Shown here: piece by piece, positions 24,446-35,965 of the stretch | How the letters are laid out: the number at the start of each line of letters is the position of its first letter | Numbering within the stretch: the first letter of the stretch is position 1 | Assembly: GCA_951406725.2 (NCBI GenBank) | Contig: OX597818.1 | Location: 105,090,001-105,154,000, forward strand | Direction: 5' to 3' | DNA from: Octopus vulgaris | Lineage: Eukaryota | Length of the DNA: 64,000 nucleotides | The notes under the pieces: generated by a model | Told to the model about the DNA's origin: nothing | The model's input: only the letters and a program-made list of their open reading frames with translations | Database searches by the model: none | Position numbers and translations under genes: made by a program

Positions 24446-24759
24446 TATATACATATATATATAAATATATATATACCCATAAACATACATATACACACAC
24501 ATACAGAAATTTGTCACAATATATGGATTCAACTAATCCAGCAGTACTCATAAAAAAGCTCCTTAATATATCATTCTACGAAACATATAAAATATATAGT
24601 ATGACACAAGTGAAAATCATGAGGAGTGCAAGAAATTATAAATAATGAAAGAAATATACTATGATAAAATTTATTTAACCATTGGAAATTCTTATTTAAT
24701 GACAATTGTTTTACTGCTTAATAAACATTTATAGATTAATTTATTCTATATTTTATAAT

Positions 24760-24897
24760 AAGTAATGAATTACTCATATATCTGTATTAATATATATACA
24801 TTCTTTAGATTAATGTAGATATTAAGCTAGCTCTTCAGATTAAAAGAAATCCATGTTTAACCTGAAGAGTTAGCTTAACATTTACATTAATTTAAAG

Positions 24898-24938
<41 letters not shown>

Positions 24939-24960
24939 ATGCAGGCATGTAAGTAATTTA
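24760..24960. repeat. Imperfect fold-back
   Basis: attaagctagctcttcagattaaa / tttaacctgaagagttagcttaa, with extended AT-rich arms. Confidence 0.6.
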
Positions 24961-25085
24961 TTACTTATTATAAAATATAATATAATAAATTATCCATACA
25001 CATTTATTAAGCTGCAAAACAATTGTTGTTAAATAAGAATTTCCAATGATTAAATAAATTTTATCATAGTATATTTCATTATTTA

Positions 25086-25137
<52 letters not shown>

Positions 25138-25140
25138 GCA

Positions 25141-25939
25141 AAAAAAAAATGGAACAAGAATGTAACACACAACAACAAAACATCCAGACAGTTAGACGAT
25201 ACAAAGAAGGACAGGAAAAAACAAGGATGGGTCATTCAGAGCCTTCTATCAACAGTCGAATTCCAGATCATCCCTGCAGTTTCAGCCAGTTACACTTGAG
25301 ACTGCTCCAATCAGCCAGCCCCAAGGAAATCTAAGCTAAGAGCACTAAGTTCTTTGGAACAAAACAAGCAAATGTATACGAAAAAACGGAGAAATTTTAC
25401 TCAATTACAAATACAAAAAACAAGAAAATAACAACAGGTGTCCTTTGACTAAAGACGAATTAAATTAAGTTGGCATGAGTGGAGTGAAGCCTTACAGCAG
25501 GAACACAAGAGATGAAAGACATGAGAAGGAATATAAGAGATGCTACATGGATGGAAGTTGAACCAAGAATGAAAGGTCAGGCTTGGCAGAACACCAGTCA
25601 CATGAAAAGAGAGGAGTGAGGTAGGAGGCAGAGGGATTGAAGAATTAGGGAGGGACAGGAAAGAAAGGAAAGGTAAGGAAAGGGATATGAAGAAAGGTAC
25701 AAGAGAGGTAAAAGATTATTCCAAAGAAAATAATGCTCTTAGCTTAGATTTTCTTGGGGCCAGCCAGACTGGAGCAGTCTTGAGTGCAACTGGCCAAAAC
25801 TGCAGGGATGATCTATGACTCAAATGATGACAGAGGGCCCCGAATGATCTGTCCTTGCTTTTTTCCTGTCCTTCTTTGTATCATCGAACTGTCTGGATGT
25901 TTTGTTGTTGTCTGTTACAGTCTTGTTCTATTTTTTGTC
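25141..25939. mobile_element. Inverted-repeat element (~200-bp arms, ~390-bp spacer), Penelope pLTR-like
   Basis: 25141-25344 is the reverse complement of 25735-25939; preceded by (TA)n. Confidence 0.75.
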
Positions 25940-26566
25940 TGCAACAGCTGTGGGTGAGGCAGAGGTCACTCAGGTTGAGAGGCAGGGGTCTCAGAACCTG
26001 TGGCTACATATGGAGGACTACTTTGTATTTACATCAAGGGATAAGAGGAAAGCCAAAATCCTGTACTCCCAGTATGTCATGTACCAGCCCGAGGAGACCA
26101 CCAACAAAGGACAAGCAGTAAGCCTCTACAACTTGAAGTCACATGTCAAGAGGAAACACCCAGTGCATGCCATCTAGTTTGAGGAGATAATCAAGGCTGG
26201 CTCTTCCCAAGGGAAACACAGGCAATCTTCTGGTAGCAGTGCCAGTAGCCAGTTGTTGCAGCCATGTGCAAAGAAAGCACACCAGCCCAGCATTGTTGAA
26301 GCATTTGCCCAAACTGCTGGCGTCTGCCAGTCTATGATAGACAGAAGGATTGTAGACCTGTTTGTTGACAACATGCTACCACTGCATGTGGTGAAGTTAT
26401 CCACCTTGGTCAGCCTGATCAAGACACTGAACCCCAGGAAGACATTGATGCTCCACAGCACTCTGGGCAGAGTGATTATGGCCAGCCATAAACAGTTGGA
26501 GGAGTATCTTTCAAAGTATTTATGAATTAAAATTATACAAGATTATTAAATTATTATTATGGTGTA

Positions 26567-26800
26567 CAGTAATCCCTCAACTATTAGGAGTGTTATGTTC
26601 CAAAATCTCCCACAGAAATAATTAAAATCCCAAAAATATAAATACCTATCAACTGCAGAAACCTGGATATAATGAGGAGTCTGCAATATAAATTTACATA
26701 TATTAGCAAGAAAAATCCGCAATGTACTGAGAGCACAATAGGTAAACTATGATGTACTGAGTGCGCGATAGGTGAACTGCGATATGGTGAGGGATTAATG
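26567..26800. mobile_element. Tigger/pogo-type MITE
   Basis: TA|cagtaatccctc ... gagggattaatg|TA inverted ends. Confidence 0.7.
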
Positions 26801-26922
26801 TATTTCATATTTTCTTAATTTAATTTAATTATTTATTAAATAATTATTTTCTTAATTAATGTAATAAAATGTATAATAGCTAACTGTAATAAATGTTATA
26901 ATATATGGTATATATATATATA

Positions 26923-27232
26923 TCACCGTGACTGACCAGGCTATCAGATGTTGCTACACATCGCTGGTCACAATGCACTTTGCATTGATTTAGCCTTCAA
27001 ATGACATCACCCCACTGGCTAAGCGAGCAGGCCAACAGAAGAAAGAGTGAGAGAAAGTTGTGGCAAAAGAGTACAGCAGGGATCGCCACCAGCCCCTGCC
27101 GGAGCCGCGTGGAGCCTTAGGTGTTTTCGCTCAATAAACACATAAACACTCACAACGATCAGTCTGGGAATTGAAACCGTGATCCTACAACCGCAAGTCC
27201 ACTGCCCTAACCACTGGGCCATTGCGACTCCA
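26923..27232 (-). mobile_element. tRNA-derived SINE family C
   Basis: Minus strand starts gtggagtcgcaatggcccagtggttagggcagtggac...ggtttcaattccc (A and B boxes). Confidence 0.75.
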
Positions 27233-27455
27233 CATGTATGTATGTATGTATGTATGTATGTATGTATGTATGTATGTATGTATGTATGTATGTATGTATG
27301 TATGTAGGTAGGTAGGTTTGGGGATGATGTACAGGTATTATATATTAGAAGAAATGAGGTACTCAGAAATCTGGATGGCTTTATATTTAGATATTTATTA
27401 GTATGTTACATGTTTTTATAAATCATATATCATATAATTAGCATTTTCGTCCACT

Positions 27456-27870
27456 CTAGTGGAGTCTTCAAATTGAACTTCAATTTGAAGACTCCACTAG
27501 TGGAAGGTGTTTATAAGCCATTTAAGAAACACACAAAATCTGTTAGATTCACTTCAACATTTAAATTTAATTTGTCAAAATATTTTCGTTGCTTTGAGAC
27601 CGCGACCAGTTCACTGACAAAATTCCATGTTGCATGCTATCTAGTTTGAGGAGATAATCAAGGCTGGCTCTTCCCAACGGAAACACAGACAATCTTCTGG
27701 TAACAGTGCCAGTAGCCAGTTGTCGCAGCCATGTGCAAAGAGATGTAGCACGGAATTTTGTCAGTGAACAGGTCATAGTCTCAAAGCGCCGAAAATATTT
27801 TGACAAATTAAATTTAAATGTTGAAGTGAAAATAACGGATTTTGTGTGTTTCTTAAATGGCTTATAAACA
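27456..27870. mobile_element. Fold-back elements: 22-bp perfect hairpin (27456-27500) and ~128-bp inverted arms (27507-27635 / 27742-27870) enclosing captured hAT DNA
   Basis: Direct reverse-complement match; the spacer equals 26164-26274. Confidence 0.8.
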
Positions 27871-27945
27871 TCTTCCATGCTGCAATTGTTTTCATTCCAG
27901 CACATGACCTCAGATCAGGTCACATGCTATGCAAGTACATCTCCG

Positions 27946-28007
<62 letters not shown>

Positions 28008-28442
28008 CACTCATGATTAAGTCTGCACAGTCAAAACAGCAGTCTTTAATGAAAGAACGAATAAACAAACCCTAAGTTCAGAACTTATCAAATTCTGACT
28101 GTCATTCCATCCCTCATCTCAGTTATTCATCACCCCCAACACATCACCTATCAAGGTAGTGTCACTATTTTCAAAAGTTTAATAACAAGGCTTTGAATTA
28201 TAAGTAATATTTCCATGAATTTAGAACAGCCTAGTAACAAATGTTAAACTACAATTTGAGATTTTTATAAACAAAATATGGTTATAAGATACTGCAATCA
28301 AATGTCCTGCCTCCTTCCTATCCGCAAAAAATTATACAAACCACGTGCTCACAAAAACCATTGCTGGTTGCATGAAGATGCAGATGAGAGGCTATTTTCT
28401 TTTTTAGTAGGCCTTTATCATACTCTGCATCAGTTTATATAT

Positions 28443-28846
28443 AGTGACAGTGAATTATTTTCCTTGTTGGTTTTAAATTGTTACTAGCCACCTTGATTAT
28501 TCTATAATTTTTCACATTGCCATTTTGTGAAATCAGTCACTGATTCCAATGGCATTCTCCATAATATTGACAGGGCAAGTTGGCCTCTACCAGCCATGAT
28601 GGACTGAGCATTACTGATGAGTATTAATTTCCTATATGAAATTAGCATACTAATTTAATGCATCTTGCACAGAGTGGAGAGGGCTTTCTCCTCTGTCAAT
28701 ACAAAGAGACCATGTCTTTTTGTGGCTAAGAAGTTTATGACTCCTATTTCTAGCAATGCTGGTTCTCACTGTATCCTTGTCACTCTTAGTGACAGTGAAT
28801 TAGTTCCTTGTTGGTTTTAAATTGTTGTTAGCCACCTTGATTATTA
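28443..28846 (+). mobile_element. ~345-bp retrozyme-like unit with ~58-bp terminal direct repeat
   Basis: tagtgacagtgaatta.ttccttgttggttttaaattgtt..tagccaccttgattatt at 28443 and at 28788; contains a hammerhead. Confidence 0.7.
28608..28661 (+). ncRNA. Type I hammerhead ribozyme with complete stem III
   Basis: gcatta-CTGATGA-gtat-taatttcct-atat-GAAA-ttag-cata-ctaa-TT-taatgc; 6-bp stem I, 5-bp stem III, predicted cut after 28655. Confidence 0.8.
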
Positions 28847-30798
28847 TTATATATATATATAAATATATATATAATTTTAAGTTTTTAACTTTACAACTTA
28901 TGTCTCTTTACAATTTAACTTCTTTTAATTACAGTTTGCTCAAGGATGTCCCCTGGGTGGCGACCTCCACAGACTGTTGGTCAGCTCACAACACATCATC
29001 CTAGCCTGATCTCACCTCAGAGGACATCACACTTTGATGTTCTCACCCAGGCTATGGTGGACATTCACTACAAGTTCCATCTGCAAGACAAAATGGCCAG
29101 GACCATGACAGACAATGATAAAAACTTTGTTAAGACATTTATGCAATTTGGTACAGAAGTTGAACTCTTGCTAGACATTCCTGAGGCTGCTGCTGATCTG
29201 GACATAGAAGGCATCAAGGATGTGAACCTGGATGTGGATCCCAAGACTGGGGATGTGAACAAAGTTGAGTACATTTCGGTTGATGCCATCCCTGACAAGT
29301 CCAAAAACCTGGGCCTAAGCCTGCCAGTGCACATGAAGTGTACAACCTATACCTTCAACTTGGTAGCCAGTGTGGATACCAACAAGGCTCTTGACAGCAC
29401 TTTGCTCAAGTCAACCTACAGGAAGGCCATGTCCAAAGCACAGTGGCTATGGAAACTGCAGAGCCCCAGCACAGTGGCCACAGACAGCATTCTGGATACG
29501 TTAAAGAAGAGGTTTGTGGTCCCCAACAGTACCAGATAGAACTGTATGTATGACTCTGTTGTTGTCCTCAACAACCAGGAGAAGAATAGGGAACAGGGTA
29601 ATGACACAGCTGAAGCAGCAGACCTTCACTAATTTTGATGTCGGCTTCCTGCCCAAGGCCTTGGATAAAAATCCAGGGGAAGGACTAGGATTATTTCAGG
29701 AACCTTCTGCCAACTGTAGTGGACACCATTATAAAGCTGAAGGGGGCCAAGTTCAAATATCTCCTGTACTGCAGTCTTCTGGGAGACATGATACTGGCAA
29801 GCATCATGAAATGGTTTGGGCTTCTCCTAGATCTGGAGTGCCAACTGGCCACTGCCTTCCACCCCAAGTTTCACCTGTTCTGACTGGAGCAGTATAATAA
29901 CAGCCAGGTTAGCAGAGTAACAAATGCCATGGAGACCATCATAGAAACAGCCCAAATGGAGACCAATAAGGAAGGCAGTACCACCACCACCAGCAATGAG
30001 GATAAGGAAGATGATTTCTTCAGCAACATCACTCAGTTCTGGGAGAGCAGGAGCTACAAGTCACTGAAATCTAAGGCGTAGAACTTGGTGAAGACCTGAA
30101 TGGAGTCTGTCTTGAAGGAGGTACTGACTGAAGTTGCCTTTTTTGGAGGAGCAGGTCTTGATCAACCTGTTCATTGACATCCCATCTAGTGCTGCAGTTG
30201 AGCACCTATTCTCTATAAGCAAAGATATTTTGAAGGTCAAGAGAGCCACTCTGTCAGATGGAAACTTTGAGAAGCTGATATTTATGAAGGGCAACCAGCA
30301 TCACATTAAGGTGATAGAGAAGGCCCAGCCAGAGTAGCACACCTTGATAATGCTATACTATGCCTTTTTGATTCATTTAATACTCTTTGTACAGTAAATA
30401 AAGTGTATGTTGACTGAAAAACTAAAGTTTAATTTCATTTGTTCATTTAATTATTTGCATACACCTTGATCATCATCTGATCTTAGCATGCTATACCTTT
30501 TTAGAAAGCTCTATATCTAAGCTACAACATGAAAATTTCAGCTCTCTAGGTCTGTTTTTAGGGGGTTTAGAGCAAAACAAACCAAACCGATACTAAATTC
30601 ATATGATAAAAGTTAGCGGTCACCATTTAGCATTAGCTCCCATTAATTTTTTACCTGCTTAGGTTGAGAGTTTGTGAAGCTAACTTTTTGGTCAGCTGAG
30701 CCCACCATCCTCCTTCTTCCCTTTTTTCCTGAGCGCCCAATAATACTTTATTTGTTCCACATCCTCGCGTTGTTGTCTTTTTGTTTTCTTGTTTGGAT

Positions 30799-30863
<65 letters not shown>

Positions 30864-31061
30864 TATATATAAGCATATTACATCCATGGCAATCTTTCAG
30901 TAGGAGTCACGTCATAAGTGAGTGTGCAACATTATTTCATTTGCTCGACAGAGCTAAACTCATTTTTATGAGGACCTTTTAATATATTACTTATTTTAAA
31001 TAGTTAAACGATTATTTGGCAAGTGATTTTCTTCATTCTTAACATTTTAAGACTTTATAAA

Positions 31062-31275
31062 GCGGCGAGCTGGCAGAAACATTAAGCACGCCTGGCGAAA
31101 TGCTTAGCAGTAGTTCGTCTGCCTTTACGTTCTGAGTTCAAATTCCGCCGAGGTTGACTTTGCCTTTCATCCTCTCGGGATCGATATATTAAGTACCAGT
31201 TGCGTACTGAGGTCGATCTAATCGACTACCCGCTCCCCTAAAATTTCGGGCTTTGTGCTTAGAGTAGAAAGGAAT
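31062..31275 (+). mobile_element. tRNA-derived SINE family B
   Basis: gcggcgagctggcagaa..gagttcaaattcc..gactttgcctttcatcc..gtcgat..; further copies at about 4180, 34565, 35460, 36150-36410, 58550, 62230 and 63043. Confidence 0.8.
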
Positions 31276-31531
31276 ATTTTAAGGCTTTATAATATAAAGT
31301 ATGACATACGATATTTTATCAAGGATGGGAAATGTATAAGATGAGTGAGGCTTGGCTTCTGTTTTTAGCAAAACGAACGAACGCAGCAGAGACTCTCTTG
31401 TTGGTCCTCTAAGATAAGAGAAGTGGTTCCAACTCGAAATCAAAAACGGGTTTCAAACTCTGTTCTCGCTAGTAACCAATGAACATCAGTTGTGCTCGTT
31501 GTTACACAAGCTGTAATATTTGAAACAATAC

Positions 31532-31583
31532 CACGTCTCTGGTATTTTTCTAAAAAGAGGAAGTTATATTCATGCTTTGTCAT
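31532..31583 (-). CDS. Probable first coding exon of the ~100-aa ORF
   Basis: Acceptor ttttcttgtttacAG|TCGAC ATG; MTKHEYNFLFLEKYQRR+G|GTattg, phase 1, matching the next exon. The donor is weak. Confidence 0.45.
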
Positions 31584-31654
31584 GTCGACTGTAAACAAGA
31601 AAATTTTACCAGATTCATAAGTAAATAATAGCGTTAATCTACACACACATACAT

Positions 31655-31691
<37 letters not shown>

Positions 31692-31699
31692 TACATACA

Positions 31700-33140
31700 T
31701 ACTGTAGCTTATAGAATCTTCTGGTCCGTTTGCTTACATCTAACCGGAGATCGATAAACTCGGTAGCGATAATAGATCGGTTCAATTAAATCGATTACAC
31801 ACCCTGCCACCAATGTTTGTGCGCTTATTAACCAGTGTGTATATATATATATATATATAATGTATGTATATAAACATACGTGTATGCATGTACGCGTGCT
31901 TGTAATCGTGTGCGTTAGATAAATATATAAATGACACACACATATACAGGGTATTCGTGTGCAAAAATATAAATTCACATGAACCTGCAAAAGCAATGGG
32001 TATTTCCCACCTCCTCGAAATAACTGTCAACAATAACAGAAAAAATACATGAATAAAAAAATAAAAGAAAACCAGCTGAATGACTAGAAACATCCGTCCG
32101 ACACATTCCTACATTATCTTACGGCTAAAATCTAACTTTCTACGGAACTAAGTTTTCACCAAAAATTTCTTTCAACCTACCTCTCTTGTAGCTGTACAAA
32201 ACTGTTATGTTGTTTACGCAAACACATTTCGGTTTTTATAGCTCCATACCTCTTAATTTTGCATTAAATTTACATCGGGGTTAGCATGTTTTTGTTGAAG
32301 CTGCACAAGGTCTTCTATAATTCTATTCAATCAAGATTTATGTTAGTAGATGAAGTAAAGAGTGTACATTAGAAAGATGTATAATGTATTCGACCACATG
32401 CATTGCTTATAAAAATAACCCTATGCTCTTAAGGAAAAAAAAAAAACTTACGTATTATTTATAAAGGAAAACCTGACATTTATTTGCAGCTAAATATTTT
32501 CTGAAGTTAAAAATAATCTGAACTATTTACATCATGTTATCCCATACAAGCGAGTGTCCTTTTGTTTATTTTATCAGTCACTGAATAAATGTTTTCGATA
32601 AATAGTATAGGTGTTTCCTGTATCAATAAAAGTTATATAGAACTGCAACAAGCATCTTCGTTGGAAATACTGAAAAAATATAACTCTTCATTTTCATTAT
32701 TTTGACTATAGGGACAAGGCATCAAAGTTTGTGGGGAGGTGGTTAGTCGAATAAATCAACCCCAGTAGTTGACTAACAATAATTAAAGCAACATTGTTCC
32801 CACCCCAATCCTACAACAGTTACTTGTTTGTGTTAAATATAAGATTAGCGACTCCGGTTGCAGAGATACATAGTTATCACTGACTTTACAAACAGGAGGA
32901 AAGGATCTTTCCTTCAAAATGAAAAGATCCGGAAATAATTGTTGAGGAATGTTAGCACTTCACACCATTTAAACAACTTGCTTTCGGATACGGATGAAAC
33001 AAAAAGCCAATTTGCATTCCCCTTTTGACAAGAAAATAATTGAATGCTTACAATCGAATGGGATATATTCAAATTTCCTTCCCTGGAGGTCACTTCCGGC
33101 AGTTATTTCGAAAACACAGACCTTAACTTTGAAACGTAAG
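31700..33140. promoter_or_regulatory. Probable bidirectional promoter region with non-coding first exons
   Basis: Largely TE-free and retains CpG. Minus-strand donors GTAAGC (~31737) and GTAGGT (~32180); DRE-like TATCGAT near 31750; ETS motif CACTTCCGG at 33091 followed by a plus-strand GTAAGA donor at 33136. Confidence 0.4.
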
Positions 33141-33311
33141 AAAATTTCCTCAGCAGGCCTTATTGATGATACATACATACATATGTGTACTTTTCTATTC
33201 GTTTCGGTCATTTGACTGTGGCTATGTAATACAGTTCTATATTTTGAGAGATGAGGAATTATGTACATTATTTGCATTTGACGGATATTTGTCCTCATCT
33301 TGTTTGTTGTT

Positions 33312-33357
33312 GACACAACGTTTCGGCTAATATACTCTCCAGCCTTCTTCAGGTGCC
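33312..33357 (-). ncRNA. Minimal type I hammerhead in the Penelope pLTR
   Basis: ggcac-CTGAAGA-a-ggct-(12 nt)-agcc-GAAA-CGTT-gtgtc; on the same strand as, and downstream of, the GIY-YIG ORF; AACGTT palindrome. Confidence 0.8.
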
Positions 33358-33955
33358 CTGGGGAAATTTCGATGTTATTATATTCAGGTCACTGCCTGGA
33401 ATCGAACTCTTAACCACTACACCATATGCCCGAGGAGTGCAATTGTGGAGTGAATTTTAGGGCTTATAAATCTAATATTTTCCTATCCTTCCCTAATACT
33501 GGTTCCTATATGTTATTTACATCTGCATTAGGTCTGCTTGGGAGGTTATTATGTTCTAGTATGTGTGCTGCTTCTTTTAGTTTTCGTATTTTCCAGTGGT
33601 GTTCACTGTCTATTATTTTAACTTCATCCCACAGGGGGAGGTGGTCTCCGTTTTTCCATACATGATCAGCTATACCCAATTTATCAATATCTCCTTGTGT
33701 CACAGACTTACGATGTTCCTCTACCCTTACTTTGAGGGGCAGCATGTTTCGCCTTTGTATACATACCACAGCTGTATGGGATGGAGTACTCGCTGTCTTT
33801 GGTCATATTCTCTTCTTTTGGTAGTTTTACTTGAAGGAGATATTTGCAAAGTGTTGTATTACTTTTGAATACTGTCCTGATGTCATATGGGCCACATATC
33901 TTTTGTATCTTTTCAGAGAGGCCTTTCACATAAGGTAGACAAACTGTGGTCAGTT

Positions 33956-34340
33956 TGGCGCAGGAGTGGCTGTGTGGTAAGTAGCTTGTTTACCAACCAC
34001 ATGGTTCTGGGTTCAGTCCCACTGCATGGCATCTTGGGCAAGTGTCTTCTACTATAGCCTCGGGCCGACCAAAGCCTTGTGAGTGGATTTGGTAGGCGGA
34101 AACTAAAAGAAGCCTGTCGTATATATGTATATATATATGTATGTGTGTGAGTTTGTGTGTCTGTGTTTGTCCCCCTAGCATTGCTTGACAACCGATGCTG
34201 GTGTGTTTATGTCCCCGTCACTTAGCGGTTCGGCAAAAAGAGACCAATAGAATAAGTACTGGGCTTACAAAGAATAAGTCCCGGGGTCGAGATGCTCGAT
34301 TAAAGGCAGTGCTCCAGCATGGCTGCAGTCAAATGACTGA
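33956..34340 (+). mobile_element. Full-length tRNA-derived SINE family A
   Basis: ggcgcaggagtggctgtgtggtaag (A box)..gggttcagtccc (B box), central (TA)/(TG) tract, tail ..gaaacaagtaaaagagag; inserted into Penelope. Confidence 0.9.
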
Positions 34341-35142
34341 AACAAGTAAAAGAGAGAGAGTTCATGGGTTTCATCCCCTCTTCATAATTGGAGTGGATAG
34401 TATATTTTGGGGGTAATTGATGCTTAATAGATTGTTACTTAGCTTGATCATTTCTTTGTGGCATGTATCAGGATCGCTACTTATATTCTTTGCTCGGTGT
34501 TTTAGGCACTGAGCAATCCCTCTCTTTACACTGTATGGATGGTGGGAATTAAAGTTGCGGTATTGTCGACTTTGCCTTTCATCCTTTCGGGGTCGATAAA
34601 TTAAGTACCAGTTAAGCACTGGGGTCGATATAATCGACTTAATACCTATGTCTGTCCATGTTTGTCCCCTCTATGTTCAGCCCCTTGTGGGTAATAAAGA
34701 AATAGGTATTGTCTAGTGAAGGTTGGCTTGCGGTATATGGATGTTCCGGATCTATGCTTGGTGTGTGTTATTAATATGTCCAGGAATGCTAGCTGATTGT
34801 CTTTTTCCTTTACCATTGTGAACTGTATGGATAGCTTTATTGAGTTCACATGATCTTACAGTATTTGGACATCTTCCTGGTGGGGCCAGAGTGAAAAGGT
34901 GTCATCAACATATCACAGCTATAGGGTTGGTTTTAGTGGTGTTGGTCCTAAAAGCTGCAATATGTTGATGACACCTTTATACTCCGGGGATCTGTAGCAA
35001 ACTTCTAAGTCAGCAGGAATAAATTAAAAGAAGAGGAAAACAAAACCAAAGTAGGACAAGCTTATCTGATCATTTAAAATATTTTAATTAATGTAAAGGT
35101 GAATCGTAGTAAGGAAAAGTAAAAGTAAATTTTGTCTTACAG

Positions 35143-35361
35143 CTGGTTCTGGGATTTCCCAGGTGATGGATCAATATATTGATCAACATTCTCCATACAC
35201 TGAGTATTCCATCATCAGAGACAAAGTGTATATGCAGGAAAGTTCTAGACAGAAAATTTAATGTTGATAGAAGTATAAAGTTCATAGTTCATCTTGTTCT
35301 GGAAGGTATGGGGGTTTGGCCATATTTCCATGAAGGTGTACCTCCTTATGTATAATCCCAG
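35143..35361 (+). other. Candidate exon of a divergent plus-strand gene
   Basis: tttgtcttacAG acceptor and CAG|GTAAGT donor at 35362; no frame is open throughout, possible start MKVYLLMYNP near the end. Confidence 0.3.
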
Positions 35362-35739
35362 GTAAGTCCAGACAGCAGGTTGAGTGATGCATTCAGGTTG
35401 ATAGAATAAATCTAGCAGTGTAATGTTATAGTGCCAAGTAATTAAATTTTATTTTGGCTTTAAGTTCTGAGATTAAATTCTGCTGAGGTCAACTCTGGCT
35501 TTCATCCTTTTGGGATCAATAAGATAAATACCAGTTAAGCAATGGGGTTGATGTAATCAATTAGCCTTTTCCTCTAAAATTTAGGACCTTGTGCCTATAG
35601 TAGAAAGACAGAGAGAAAGAAATTACCAGAAATACAGGTAAGGTGAAATAAATAAATAAATGATACAGTACAGTAGAATTTATTCATTGCATAGTATTGA
35701 TGATTGAAATTTGTGTGAGACTGACTAATTTTTCATTCT

Positions 35740-35965
35740 GTTCCATAAAAAGCATCCATGCTGAAACCATGTAAAAAGCACTGGTGCTGGTGCCACATAA
35801 AAAGCAGCCAGTACATTCAGTAAAGTGGATGGCATCAGGAAGGGCATCCAGCCATCAAAACCATCCCAAAACAGTCAACTGGATCCTGGTGCAGCTCTCT
35901 GGCTCATCAGCTTGTCAAACCATCCAACTCATACCTGCATGAAAAACAGACATTAAATGATGATG
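35740..35965 (+). mobile_element. RTE 3' UTR remnant
   Basis: ggcatcaggaagggcatccagcc..cagacattaaatgatgatg. Confidence 0.65.

Larger units (their letters stand above)
25945..30340 (+). pseudogene. Decayed hAT transposase gene with an intron (26516-28934)
   Basis: BED-like NLKSHVKRKH; splicing AA|gt...cag|T gives in-frame YLSNLLKDVPWVATSTDCWSAHN; TDNDKNF, STR and PSSAAVEHLFS..LSDGNFEKLIFMKGN (hAT dimerisation domain); several stops and frameshifts. Confidence 0.85.
33230..34985 (-). mobile_element. Penelope-like element remnant (RT C-terminus, GIY-YIG endonuclease, pLTR), interrupted by two SINEs
   Basis: YVDDTF..IQFTMVKEKDNQLAFLDI..YRKPT..NFNSHHPYSVKRGI; YSIPYSCG..RVEEHRK..IADHVWKNGDH..RKLKEA; short inverted duplication at the truncated 5' end (~34895-34980). 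Confidence 0.9.

Noticed and set aside
25270-25335. GAAAC-TGCA-G hammerhead-like half in the inverted arms (similar scars near 27440-27475 and 27755-27808)
   Set aside because: No intact CUGANGA box or cleavage triplet, so not counted as ribozymes
27150-27232. tRNA-like sequence (also at 31062 and 33956)
   Set aside because: SINE heads with body and tail; no complete cloverleaf
35698-35730. Possible C/D box snoRNA (TGATGA..CTGA)
   Set aside because: Boxes too close together and no terminal stem
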